A stretch of DNA of 64,000 nt from an uncultured Candidatus Actinomarina sp. (lineage in GTDB: Bacteria; Actinomycetota; Acidimicrobiia; Actinomarinales; Actinomarinaceae), in contig CACGVI010000002.1 in NCBI GenBank assembly GCA_902576605.1, positions 7,422 to 71,421 on the forward strand. The letters run 5' to 3'. Below the pieces are notes generated by a model. It saw only the letters and a program-made list of their open reading frames with translations. It made no database searches and had not been told where the DNA came from. Below are positions 1 to 8,834 of the stretch, in pieces. Made by a program: the position numbers and the translations under genes. Within the stretch, counting starts at the first letter, position 1, and each line of letters starts with the position of its first letter.

Positions 1-2211
1 AGAAACCTCTGTTGTTTCCTTGGTTAAGCAATTTGTAGAGAACGTTTCCTCTTTGACACTTCCCTCGTTAGGTAAATCTCTTTTTGTACACGTAAAGTAC
101 GAACCATTTTTAAGTTTCTCACCACTATGAAATATTGCTTGGGTGGTTTCAATGCCTAAAAATTCTTGATTTGAAACTTCGCCATCTTTAAATGGAACCG
201 ATGACCTTCTAATCTTCGTTCTAGATGGACTTTCTAAATAAATATCTAAATCAGTGTTTTGCCATAGATTAGATTCCTGCATTGTTGAAGAAGACTTTTG
301 TATAGAAATGTACAAGTGTTCATCTGAGAATCTATATTGTATTTTTGAAATCATATCTGAAGTCTCTATTGCTCCAGCATCACTCCATATATTTGCATTT
401 GTCGATCCGTTTACAAGTAAAGCTTGATTTGAATTCAAAATTGAATCTGATTGCTTATCAAATAATTGAGCAGCAGGAGAGATAATAGGAATATCTAAAT
501 ATGCTGGGGATTCTTGACCAAGCGATGTATATACATTTTTTAGAAGATTCCTAAATGCAGAACCAAAGTAATCATCATTTCCACTTGATTGATCACTTCC
601 ATACCACCAGAACCAATCTGAGCCTTCTGCTAACAACATATAATCAAATGCTTTTTCTAGCTGTTCAACTGTATATTCACCAGATGCATTCGACCTATCA
701 TAGAAAGCTCTTGTTTTTTGTAGATAGTCCCATGCGTAGGTCTCTTCTGTCTCACCAATCCATGTAGCAAAATTTGGTTGAAACCAAGATGCGGGAAATA
801 CTTTATCTAATTTATCAATTTGGGGTCCATATTTTTCAATATACTCTGTTGGAGTTGTTGTTTTAAGCCAATCTGTTGTAGTTAGAGTTTCATACATTAG
901 GCTTAAAAAATCTATACCATCATTTTGATAATGCTCCCATGCATTTTCTCCATCTAAAACAATGGAGACGACAAGTGGTCTATCCATTGTTGTACTAACT
1001 TCTCTAGCAGCTTCAAGTGCTTTCATCATGTCTGCTACTGCCATCTCTGGGGACATACCGCTATAAGTAAATCCAACCTGATCAGAAATAGATAAGTCTC
1101 TGAAGAAAATAGCTACATCATCCTGTCTGTTTAGTTGGCCATACCATGGGGTATAAAGTACTTCAGGATTAGTGACGATGCCTTTTGTATTTCTTTTAAA
1201 AGTTGGGATATCTAATGACTTGGATAGTACATGTTCACCTGTCGCAATCCACTTTACCCCTTCTTTAGCAAACATACCCAAAACTTCCTGTGATACCGCA
1301 CCTTCTGCTGGCCACATTCCAGTTGGTCTTTGACCTAAAAGTTCTTCGGCTAAGTCTAAGCCTTTCTCTACTTGAATTGCAGCGTCATTAGGTTTACTAA
1401 ATCTATTTGGAGGTAGTTCAGCTCCAATGTCACCAACTGCTGCTAAGTTTGTATCAAAAATTAAAGGAAGAATTGGGTGTGCATATGGAGTAGTAGTTAT
1501 TTCAATTTGACCAGTTTTCCACAGCTCAGCATGTGTTGGAATCACCTTGTCAATTAATTTTGAATGCTCATTCAAAAGAACGACTTTATCCTCCTCGGAA
1601 TAATTTTTACCTTTATTGACTAATCCTTTTAGAGGTTCCTGAGCTAAATATTTTGGATCTGTCCAAGCTAAATTAAACATAATTTGTAAATCGCGAAAAT
1701 CTTGTGCTGACCAAGAAGACCAATTTTGGTTTTTGTTCCTAAGTTCGACATATCTTGGAAATCTTGCAATAACTTTTGGATTTGTATCAAAAAACCTCGA
1801 AACAATAAAAGCTTTATCATCATCAGATAATTTATCAGCATCAATCTCTGTATAAAACCAATACAAATCCTTTGCGCCATTCGAAAAATCCTCAAGCTGC
1901 CTTAGAAGCACCGGAGTTAAGTTGAAAGTAGCTTTTAAGTCTGGATAGTCAGCAACTAACTCCACCATATCAAGATAGTCTTTAGTTGCATGAACCCTTA
2001 CCCATGGCCTGGTGTAATAACCTTCATCATTTTTTGTATAAAAAGGTTGATGTTGATGCCACATTAACATTACATATAGCTCTGGTTCATTTTCTGTAAT
2101 TTCTTCTGTTGGTTGGGAAGTAGTTGTAGTTATTTCATTTATTTCATCAACTGAAGACGCATCACCACAAAAGATAAAAAATATTAAAAATAAAACAATG
2201 AATTTTTTCAT
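1..2211 (-). CDS. glycoside hydrolase family 57 protein (alpha-glucan active), secreted or lipoprotein-like N-terminus; 3' end runs off the window
   Basis: Absent from the ORF track because no stop lies inside the window. The reverse strand from ATG 2211..2209 gives 737 stop-free codons down to position 1. The N-terminus is MKKFIVLFLIFFIFCGDASS. GH57-like blocks follow: MLMWHQHQPFY, WVRVHATKDYLDM, TTPYAHPILPL, MWPAEGAVS, VLDGENAWEHY, GSDWFWWYG. Confidence 0.75.
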   Translation of the reverse strand, partial: MKKFIVLFLIFFIFCGDASSVDEINEITTTTSQPTEEITENEPELYVMLMWHQHQPFYTKNDEGYYTRPWVRVHATKDYLDMVELVADYPDLKATFNLTPVLLRQLEDFSNGAKDLYWFYTEIDADKLSDDDKAFIVSRFFDTNPKVIARFPRYVELRNKNQNWSSWSAQDFRDLQIMFNLAWTDPKYLAQEPLKGLVNKGKNYSEEDKVVLLNEHSKLIDKVIPTHAELWKTGQIEITTTPYAHPILPLIFDTNLAAVGDIGAELPPNRFSKPNDAAIQVEKGLDLAEELLGQRPTGMWPAEGAVSQEVLGMFAKEGVKWIATGEHVLSKSLDIPTFKRNTKGIVTNPEVLYTPWYGQLNRQDDVAIFFRDLSISDQVGFTYSGMSPEMAVADMMKALEAAREVSTTMDRPLVVSIVLDGENAWEHYQNDGIDFLSLMYETLTTTDWLKTTTPTEYIEKYGPQIDKLDKVFPASWFQPNFATWIGETEETYAWDYLQKTRAFYDRSNASGEYTVEQLEKAFDYMLLAEGSDWFWWYGSDQSSGNDDYFGSAFRNLLKNVYTSLGQESPAYLDIPIISPAAQLFDKQSDSILNSNQALLVNGSTNANIWSDAGAIETSDMISKIQYRFSDEHLYISIQKSSSTMQESNLWQNTDLDIYLESPSRTKIRRSSVPFKDGEVSNQEFLGIETTQAIFHSGEKLKNGSYFTCTKRDLPNEGSVKEETFSTNCLTKETTEVS

Positions 2212-2216
2212 CTAGA

Positions 2217-3620
2217 TTATTTTAAAGGTTCAAGTCTAGCTGTAAAGTGTCTTAGTAATTTTGGTTGCTCAAGGATCTTATATCCTTTTAACTTATCTTT
2301 TTTCTCAGCTAACTTTTCTAATACTTCAGCAACATAATCAAAATGACTTTGTGTGTATGTCCTTCTTGGAGCTGCAAGTCGAACAAGTTCATGTGTTGCC
2401 GGTGTATCGGGTTCCCCATTTTCATTTGCAACACCAAAGGCAAGCGTTCCCAATTCGACAGCTCTCACGCCACCAATTAAGTAGATTTCACAGGCAACCG
2501 AGTGCCCAGGGTATTCATGAGGTGGAATGTCTGGTAAAAAAGTTTTTGCATCAATATACAACGCATGACCACCTGCAGGTTGAACAACAGGTATATCATA
2601 ACTCAATGCTTTTTCAGCTAAATAGGAAATTGATCTCGCACGATATTCTAAGTAGTTCTTATCAGTTATCTCTTTAAGACCTTGTGCTAAAGCATCTAAA
2701 TCTCTACCTGCTAATCCTCCATATGTCGGAAACCCCTCAGTAAGAATCAGTAAATTTCTTGCAGCTTCAGCCAAAGAATCATCATTTAACGCAAGAACTC
2801 CACCAATATTGCCGAATCCGTCTTTTTTCAAACTAATTGTGCAACCATCAGCAAGTCGGAAAGCTTCTTTTGCTATTTCTCTTATCTCAACATCTTTATA
2901 CTCTTCTTCTCGTTGTGAGACAAACCAAGCATTTTCAGCAAATCTACATGCATCTAATAAAAACATCTTATTATATTTTGTACAAAGCTCTTTAACTTTT
3001 TTTAAGTTATCCATTGAGACAGGTTGGCCACCACCTGTATTATTTGTAATTGTCATCAGTACAAATGGAATTTTGTTACTTTCCGGTCCTTTTAAAAGTT
3101 CTTCTAATTTCTTTAAATCAACATTCCCTTTAAAGGGTGCGGGAGATAAAAGGTCTAAGCCCTCCTCACAAAGAAGATCTATAGGATTTGACTGTGCAAA
3201 TTCAAAGTTCGCTCTTGTAGTATCAAAGTGGCTATTGCTTGGAATGATGTCGCCTTCCTTAACACTAATTGTTGCAAGAATTTTTTCACTTGCTCTACCT
3301 TGATGCGTTGGAATAATGTGTTTGTACCCAGTAAGATCAGAAAGCACTTCATGAAATCTCTGCCATGAATGCGACCCTGCATAAGATTCATCTCCACGCA
3401 TTATTGCTGCCCACTGCTCTGATGACATCGACCCAGTACCCGAATCAGTGAGTAAGTCTATGGTTACCTCCTGAGACTTTAACCCAAAAACATTCCAATG
3501 TTCTCTCTCAAGGAATTCTCTTCTCTCCTGTTCAGTTGTAATAGGTAGAGATTCAACAGATTTTATCTTAAAAGGCTCAATGATTGTTTTAAACTCCATA
3601 CCCAAATTGTAACTAATCAT
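2217..3620 (-). CDS. tryptophanase / tyrosine phenol-lyase family PLP-dependent beta-eliminating lyase
   Basis: 467 aa ORF. N-terminus MEFKTIIEPFKIKSVE, the PLP-lysine region SLKKDGFGNIGG and overall length fit the Tnase/TPL family. The real start is probably the second Met at 3599. Confidence 0.8.
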   Translation of the reverse strand: MISYNLGMEFKTIIEPFKIKSVESLPITTEQERREFLEREHWNVFGLKSQEVTIDLLTDSGTGSMSSEQWAAIMRGDESYAGSHSWQRFHEVLSDLTGYKHIIPTHQGRASEKILATISVKEGDIIPSNSHFDTTRANFEFAQSNPIDLLCEEGLDLLSPAPFKGNVDLKKLEELLKGPESNKIPFVLMTITNNTGGGQPVSMDNLKKVKELCTKYNKMFLLDACRFAENAWFVSQREEEYKDVEIREIAKEAFRLADGCTISLKKDGFGNIGGVLALNDDSLAEAARNLLILTEGFPTYGGLAGRDLDALAQGLKEITDKNYLEYRARSISYLAEKALSYDIPVVQPAGGHALYIDAKTFLPDIPPHEYPGHSVACEIYLIGGVRAVELGTLAFGVANENGEPDTPATHELVRLAAPRRTYTQSHFDYVAEVLEKLAEKKDKLKGYKILEQPKLLRHFTARLEPLK

Positions 3621-3635
3621 TTTTCAGATATCATA

Positions 3636-4118
3636 ATGTCTATGGTGGAAATTCATAATTCTGTTGCGAAAGTCTATGAAGAAAATAAAGATACTCTTGA
3701 AATATTTGAGTGCTTAGATGAATTTTCTGATACTCAAAACTTTTGCGATCATTATGGTTTTGATATTGAAGATTCCTGTAATGCAATTTTAATTAAAGCA
3801 AAGAAGCCGGAAGAGTTTTACGCCATGTTTTGTGTTTTAGGTGCAAACAGATTAGATGTAAACCATAAGGCTAAAGAGGCTATGGGGGCAAAAAGAGTTA
3901 GTTTTGCTTCAAGAGAAGAAGCTGAAGCTGTGACTGGTCAAATTTATGGGGGAATTAGTCCATTGGGATTGCCTGAAAATATTAGGGTTTATATCGATAA
4001 AAATGTAACTGATAGAGAAAAACTCTTTATTGGAGCAGGAAATAGAGTCTCTAAATTTTTTCTTTCGCCAGAAAGTTTAATTGATTTATCTAGCGCTAAA
4101 GTTTTGGATTTAACCTAA
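3636..4118 (+). CDS. YbaK/EbsC-type aminoacyl-tRNA deacylase domain protein
   Basis: 160 aa. The motif IYGGISPLGLPENIRVYID and the size are typical of YbaK-like trans-editing proteins. Confidence 0.6.
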   Translation: MSMVEIHNSVAKVYEENKDTLEIFECLDEFSDTQNFCDHYGFDIEDSCNAILIKAKKPEEFYAMFCVLGANRLDVNHKAKEAMGAKRVSFASREEAEAVTGQIYGGISPLGLPENIRVYIDKNVTDREKLFIGAGNRVSKFFLSPESLIDLSSAKVLDLT

Positions 4119-4553
4119 ACCAGTCCGACATAAACTAGCAGCTTGAGGAAGTAAAGCTTTACCATTAAACCCAGGGAGCCTGCCACCTTGAAGATAGGTT
4201 TTTAAACTTCCTTTTATATTTTCAAATTCATCTGGATCGATCTTTTGTGGTTCGAGTAACACTTGGAGATTATCTGGTAAACGTTCCTCTAAAAACTCTC
4301 TTTGGACACTATCTAGTTCTTCAACATACTCTGATAGAAGATTTAGAGTTATTTCATAACTATCAATTACCTCAATACAATTTTCATATTCTATTTTAGA
4401 TAGTGGGCTGGTGTCTACCTGGTAGTCTGCCCTGTATTGAAAAAACAAAATAAGAATTACAAAAATTAACAATGTGTATAGTAAAAATTTAAATGGCAAT
4501 AAAACAATTTTTTTCACAGGCCAAATTACAAATTTAAAAAGTCTTTTAATCAT
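4110..4553 (-). CDS. hypothetical membrane-anchored protein
   Basis: 147 aa ORF with one N-terminal hydrophobic helix (LLYTLLIFVILILFF). It fits between neighbouring genes. No recognisable family. Confidence 0.4.
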   Translation of the reverse strand: MIKRLFKFVIWPVKKIVLLPFKFLLYTLLIFVILILFFQYRADYQVDTSPLSKIEYENCIEVIDSYEITLNLLSEYVEELDSVQREFLEERLPDNLQVLLEPQKIDPDEFENIKGSLKTYLQGGRLPGFNGKALLPQAASLCRTGLG

Positions 4554-4560
4554 GTTGTTT

Positions 4561-5355
4561 TTAGTTTAACGCTATTACGAGACACTGACATGCACCGCCA
4601 GATTTAAGAAACTCAGACACATTGGCTACCTCAGCATTAAGACCAAGTTCCTTCACAGTTTTAATTGCTTCAATATCTTCTGAAGGAAATATTACTGTGT
4701 TATTTATTACAACTGCATTACAAGCCAACTGGTTTGCATCGTGCTCTGAGACAGGAATAAGATTAAATAAACTTTCAAATGCGCTTAATGATTGGTCTTT
4801 AAATGCCTCTGGATAAAAAATGGCATCTCCAGTAGGAAATTGTTGAAAACAAGTATCTAGATGATAAAACTTTTCTTGAGCTAGCTCAGCAATGACTGGT
4901 TCTAGTTGAAATTCTTCTGCTATAAAAAGCAGAGCTTCTTTGTCACTTCGAATACCGTATGACCCAACTAAATAATCTCCATAAACAAAAGCATCGCCTC
5001 TCCCCTCGAATTTAAATTCTGAAGGTATTCGTCCAACACTATAGCCATTATTCCTAAACCAGTTCATATATAAATCTTCTTCACCACGTCTTTCTTCATA
5101 TTTGAAATTAGCGATAAGAACATTTTTATCATTTATTATTCCCGAATTTGCTGTAAATACAAGATCCGGATATTCCTCAGATGGAGGTACTACTTTTACT
5201 TCTGCTCCTGCTTTTTCAATTGTAGATTTTAAATTATTCCACTGATTTTTTGCCAAATCTAAGTCAACAGTTACGCCTGCAACCATCCATGGATTAATGG
5301 AGTACTCAACTTTAAAATAATCGGGAGAACTCATGAGAACTTGTTTTTGAGTCAT
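4561..5355 (-). CDS. amidinotransferase / dimethylarginine dimethylaminohydrolase-like enzyme (guanidino-group modifying superfamily)
   Basis: 264 aa. N-terminus SSPDYFKVEYSINPWM and a C-terminal KSGGACQCL with the conserved Cys near the C-terminus are typical of this fold. Confidence 0.6.
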   Translation of the reverse strand: MTQKQVLMSSPDYFKVEYSINPWMVAGVTVDLDLAKNQWNNLKSTIEKAGAEVKVVPPSEEYPDLVFTANSGIINDKNVLIANFKYEERRGEEDLYMNWFRNNGYSVGRIPSEFKFEGRGDAFVYGDYLVGSYGIRSDKEALLFIAEEFQLEPVIAELAQEKFYHLDTCFQQFPTGDAIFYPEAFKDQSLSAFESLFNLIPVSEHDANQLACNAVVINNTVIFPSEDIEAIKTVKELGLNAEVANVSEFLKSGGACQCLVIALN

Positions 5356-5399
5356 ACCGATAGTTTACATTTTTATACATCAAATGTATATTCCTAGAT

Positions 5400-5921
5400 A
5401 TGAAAGATTATTTATTTTCCCCGATTAATAGTGACTTTGTTACGCAATGCCATGAATTAAACGAGAAAAATGTTCCTAACGTTGGCACAAAATCCTTAGA
5501 TGGATTTATTAATCTCGTAGAAAACTCTGATTACAACGAATGCATACTGAAAAACAATGAAGTTGTGGGATATGTTGTTTGTTTTCAAGACAATGAAAAC
5601 ACTAATAACTATATGAGTGAGATAAAACATAAAAACTTTAACGAGATTGAAAAAAGAGTAAGTAATTTTTTATATATTGATAGAGTTGCAGTTGATGATG
5701 CACATAGAAAAAATAAACTTGGCACATCTCTTTATGAAAATACTCTTAATTTTGCGAAAGATAATTTTATCAAACACTTAACTGCTGAGATAAATCTTCT
5801 TCCTTCTATAAACGAGGCTTCATTTAAATTCCACAAGTCTTTTGGCTTTAATGAAATACAAACTGTAAAATATTCTGAAGATTATGAGGTCTCATTACAA
5901 AAGCTCATAATAAATAGTTAG
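5400..5921 (+). CDS. GNAT-family N-acetyltransferase
   Basis: 173 aa. The acetyl-CoA binding-type segment is YIDRVAVDDAHRKNKLGTSLYENTLNFAK. Confidence 0.55.
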   Translation: MKDYLFSPINSDFVTQCHELNEKNVPNVGTKSLDGFINLVENSDYNECILKNNEVVGYVVCFQDNENTNNYMSEIKHKNFNEIEKRVSNFLYIDRVAVDDAHRKNKLGTSLYENTLNFAKDNFIKHLTAEINLLPSINEASFKFHKSFGFNEIQTVKYSEDYEVSLQKLIINS

Positions 5922-5930
5922 AATAAATCT

Positions 5931-6209
5931 ATGCAATTTGATTTACCTAGACGTCAAAGAAAAAGTTTTGAAGTTATTACAAAAACTGCCTTATCAGATA
6001 AATTAAATAAAGAACAAGCAATAGAGGTTTTCAATAAGATAAAAAAAGAATTTGAAAACTCACCTAATACTTTTGGGTCTTCTTCAGGAAAAAAGGAATC
6101 TGTAATGGAATTATTGGTTATAGTGGGTAATCAAATTGCAGGTGAATATAAAGATTGTGAAGTTTCAATAAAACAAGGTGTTCCAGAAATTAATAAAATT
6201 AAATCTTAA
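5931..6209 (+). CDS. hypothetical protein
   Basis: 92 aa ORF tightly packed between two same-strand genes. No recognisable motif. Confidence 0.35.
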   Translation: MQFDLPRRQRKSFEVITKTALSDKLNKEQAIEVFNKIKKEFENSPNTFGSSSGKKESVMELLVIVGNQIAGEYKDCEVSIKQGVPEINKIKS

Positions 6210-6211
6210 TA

Positions 6212-6814
6212 TTGCAGCTTCAACCACTAACTATCGAATTTATTCTTCTCCAAATTAGTGTCGCTTTTAGTCCAGGTCTAATTATTGCTTTGGTTGTTAA
6301 TGAAGCAGTACAAAAAGGAAGAAAAAATGCTCTTCAAGTTGCTTATGGTGCAGCAACCGGTGCTATCGGAATAACCTTAATCACTGCTGCAGTCATTACT
6401 TACATCTTTTCGTTAATTCCTGAGATACTCACTTTTATCTACATTTTTGGAATAATTTATATTGTTTATAAAGGAATCAAAACCATACAAGACAAAGGAG
6501 ATAGTCCTGAAGTCCTTGGCTCAGCATCTTTTATGTCAGGATTTAAGATTAATCTTGCTAATCCAAAGATGTGGGTTTTTTATTTGTCTGTACTGCCTTT
6601 ATTTATAACAGATGAATCTAATATTTTTTCTTCCCTTATTTATCTTGGAATTGTGACAATATTTATTAATCTTTTTGCCGATATCTCATATGCTTTGCTG
6701 AGTAGTTATTTATTCAATAATTCGTCTACAAAAATAAAAAGATACATAAACATATTCAGTGGTATCTGTTTAATTGGTATTGGTATCTATTTATTCTTCA
6801 GTAGATTTATCTGA
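6212..6814 (+). CDS. LysE/RhtB-family amino-acid exporter
   Basis: 200 aa, TTG start, about 6 hydrophobic helices. N-terminal SPGL motif and central NLANPKMWVFY. Confidence 0.7.
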   Translation: MQLQPLTIEFILLQISVAFSPGLIIALVVNEAVQKGRKNALQVAYGAATGAIGITLITAAVITYIFSLIPEILTFIYIFGIIYIVYKGIKTIQDKGDSPEVLGSASFMSGFKINLANPKMWVFYLSVLPLFITDESNIFSSLIYLGIVTIFINLFADISYALLSSYLFNNSSTKIKRYINIFSGICLIGIGIYLFFSRFI

Positions 6815-7756
6815 ATCGTCAGAAGTTTTAGCTGAATCATCAGATTTCTCATCCTTAAAGAGTTCAGAAATTGCACCAATGCTTCCAAGAGTTGCTGATA
6901 AATCTGCTGGTAAGAAAATTTTCGTAGCATTACCATCAGCGACTTTCTCTAGTGACTCAAGATACTTAATTGCAATTAAATCATTTGTTGGGTCACCTTT
7001 GTGTATTGCGGCAAAAACTTTTTCTATTGCTTCAGCTTCACCTTCAGCAATTGCAATTTTTTCATATTTTTGTGCATCAGCAACTTCCTTAAGAGCTTCT
7101 GCTTCACCAACTGCATCCAAAACTTGAGATTCTTTTCTACCCTCTGCTGTAAGAATTGCTGCTCTCTTTTCACCTTCAGCTTCTGTTACTACAGCCCTTC
7201 TGTCTCTTTCAGCTTTCATAACTTTGTTCATAGCGTCTTGAACATCTTGTGGCGGATCAATTCTTTGAATTTCAACTCTTACAACTCTTGTTCCCCATTT
7301 GTCAGTAGCTTCATCAAGAATAAGCTTCAGCTGGGTGTTAATAGTCTCTCGTGAAGTCAACGCAGCATCTAACTCTAAGTCACCTACTACATTTCTTAAG
7401 TTTGTTTGTGCCAACTTAGTAGCAGCTTGAATAAAGTCTCCAACGTTATAAACAAGCTTTTTAGGATCTGTAGGTTCATAATAAATGATTGCATCAACTG
7501 TGATGGTCACGTTATCTTTGGTAATAACTTCCTGTGGAGGAACATCAATGACCTGCTCTCTCATGTCCACAATGATTATTCTCTCTAAACCAGGTATAAC
7601 GATATTTAGACCTGATTTTGCCTCTCTGTGAAACTTACCTAATCTCTCAACAAGCCCTGTCTCGAAAGGTCTGATGATTCTAAATATTCTAAATAAAACA
7701 ACACCGAGTAGTGCAATTATTACTACCCATCTCACTATTCCAAATATAAATTCCAT
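6791..7756 (-). CDS. SPFH/band-7 (stomatin/prohibitin-like) membrane protein
   Basis: 321 aa. N-terminal TM helix, PPQEVITKDNVTITVDAIIYY, then a long Ala/Glu-rich coiled-coil tail. Confidence 0.85.
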   Translation of the reverse strand: MEFIFGIVRWVVIIALLGVVLFRIFRIIRPFETGLVERLGKFHREAKSGLNIVIPGLERIIIVDMREQVIDVPPQEVITKDNVTITVDAIIYYEPTDPKKLVYNVGDFIQAATKLAQTNLRNVVGDLELDAALTSRETINTQLKLILDEATDKWGTRVVRVEIQRIDPPQDVQDAMNKVMKAERDRRAVVTEAEGEKRAAILTAEGRKESQVLDAVGEAEALKEVADAQKYEKIAIAEGEAEAIEKVFAAIHKGDPTNDLIAIKYLESLEKVADGNATKIFLPADLSATLGSIGAISELFKDEKSDDSAKTSDDSDKSTEE

Positions 7757-7765
7757 ATTTTAATT

Positions 7766-8065
7766 CTAACCTTCCTTTGTTTGTACTTCTAATTTTGTAC
7801 CGTTTACATTTATGACTTTAACTTTTGACCCAGGTGGAATTCTTTGATCAAGTGAAACTACTTGCCAGTCATCTCCATAAACATGTTGTAGGGTCGGTTC
7901 ATACATATCTAACTCTTCTGTTGTCACAAAAGTCATACCTATATATTTATTTGCGCCTTCAGTAAAACTAGTAATTGTTTTCATTTCTTTGTTTTTAGGT
8001 CCAAATACTTTTACAGATAAATATACGCCAACGAGGCTAAAGACTACAAAAGTAGACAGTTGTAT
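7766..8065 (-). CDS. NfeD-family protein (single TM helix plus C-terminal OB-fold), probable non-canonical ATA start
   Basis: The track ORF (7766..7984) encodes only the OB-fold (GDDWQVVS...GSKVKVINVNGTKLEV). The same frame is open upstream and encodes a TM helix (LSTFVVFSLVGVYLSVKVF) with no ATG/GTG/TTG. An in-frame ATA at 8065..8063 lies 4 nt after AAGGGA. The position upstream of the SPFH gene is the classical nfeD-SPFH pairing. Confidence 0.6.
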   Translation of the reverse strand: MQLSTFVVFSLVGVYLSVKVFGPKNKEMKTITSFTEGANKYIGMTFVTTEELDMYEPTLQHVYGDDWQVVSLDQRIPPGSKVKVINVNGTKLEVQTKEG

Positions 8066-8070
8066 GTTTT

Positions 8071-8109
8071 CCCTTGCAACGCAAGGGTAACAACGCTTAT
8101 TACGTTGTT
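8071..8109 (-). promoter_or_regulatory. two adjacent G+C-rich hairpins; the second contains the putative nfeD Shine-Dalgarno
   Basis: Reverse strand: AACAACG-TAATAAG-CGTTGTT (8109..8089), then CCCTTGC-GTT-GCAAGGG (8087..8071). Both are perfect 7 bp stems in an otherwise AT-rich spacer. No U-run follows them. Confidence 0.5.
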
Positions 8110-8147
8110 CCTAAATGATAATTATAATTTTTTTCATCTAGTCAATG

Positions 8148-8834
8148 TTAGTTATTTTTTTTATATTGTCTAACAATAATATAAATCAATGAAAGTAAAG
8201 CAAAGGCAGATAATATATTGACTGGATTAAATATATTACTTTTGTTGCTTATTAATTCAAAAGTTTTTTCAGAAGTTCCTTCTATCTCAAAGATTATTGT
8301 ATTTTCTACTATATTTTCCAATTGAGGTTCAACAATATCTCCAGGAACTATCAGAGTTAATTTTCCATCAAATAAGTTTTCATAAGCCACCTCACTAACC
8401 TCATCAGAAACAAATATCTCTTCAAAAATACCACTAACAGAGAATGATCTATCAGACTCGGAAAAATTAATCTCTTTTACAGGAAGTAATAACAAAGAAG
8501 TATTTTCATTATTGTTCAATATTTGTAATTGTTCTTGAAGTTCAGTTGTATTTTCAAATTCGTTTCTAATTAGGATTCCAAGAAAATCGTTTTCTTGATA
8601 AATTGATGAACCGTAACCTTCAGGCAAGTCAGCAAGAATAGCATCTAAACCTCCTATTGCAGATGCTTGACCAGTTTCAAGTGCATAGGATTGAGCGTTT
8701 TGATCAAGTAATATTGAGATTTTATAGTTTCCTGAATAATCTTCATTGAATTCAATATCCATATTCCACTTGACTTCACATGCCGTAAAAACAAAAAACA
8801 TAATTAACAAATAAATTTTATTTTTATATTTCAT
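8148..8834 (-). CDS. hypothetical secreted/lipoprotein with C-terminal membrane anchor
   Basis: 228 aa. Signal-like N-terminus ending FVFTAC and a C-terminal hydrophobic helix followed by RQYKKNN. Confidence 0.45.
   Translation of the reverse strand: MKYKNKIYLLIMFFVFTACEVKWNMDIEFNEDYSGNYKISILLDQNAQSYALETGQASAIGGLDAILADLPEGYGSSIYQENDFLGILIRNEFENTTELQEQLQILNNNENTSLLLLPVKEINFSESDRSFSVSGIFEEIFVSDEVSEVAYENLFDGKLTLIVPGDIVEPQLENIVENTIIFEIEGTSEKTFELISNKSNIFNPVNILSAFALLSLIYIIVRQYKKNN

Noticed and set aside
2261-3303. Plus-strand ORFs of 138 and 164 aa inside the tryptophanase-family gene.
   Set aside because: They are antisense shadow ORFs with low-complexity, motif-free translations. The opposite strand encodes a clearly recognisable enzyme across the whole interval.
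6774-7588. Three plus-strand ORFs (117, 117 and 60 aa) overlapping the SPFH gene.
   Set aside because: They are mirror images of the Ala/Glu-rich coiled-coil region, giving Ser/Ala/Phe-rich nonsense. The SPFH frame explains the region.
8111-8137. The mini-ORF ATG-AAA-AAA-ATT-ATA-ATT-ATC-ATT-TAG (MKKIIIII), in the same frame as nfeD, considered as evidence that nfeD is a nonsense-mutated pseudogene.
   Set aside because: Such A/T-only codon runs arise easily in this composition. An SD-positioned ATA downstream gives a simpler model. It is kept only as an alternative within the nfeD finding.
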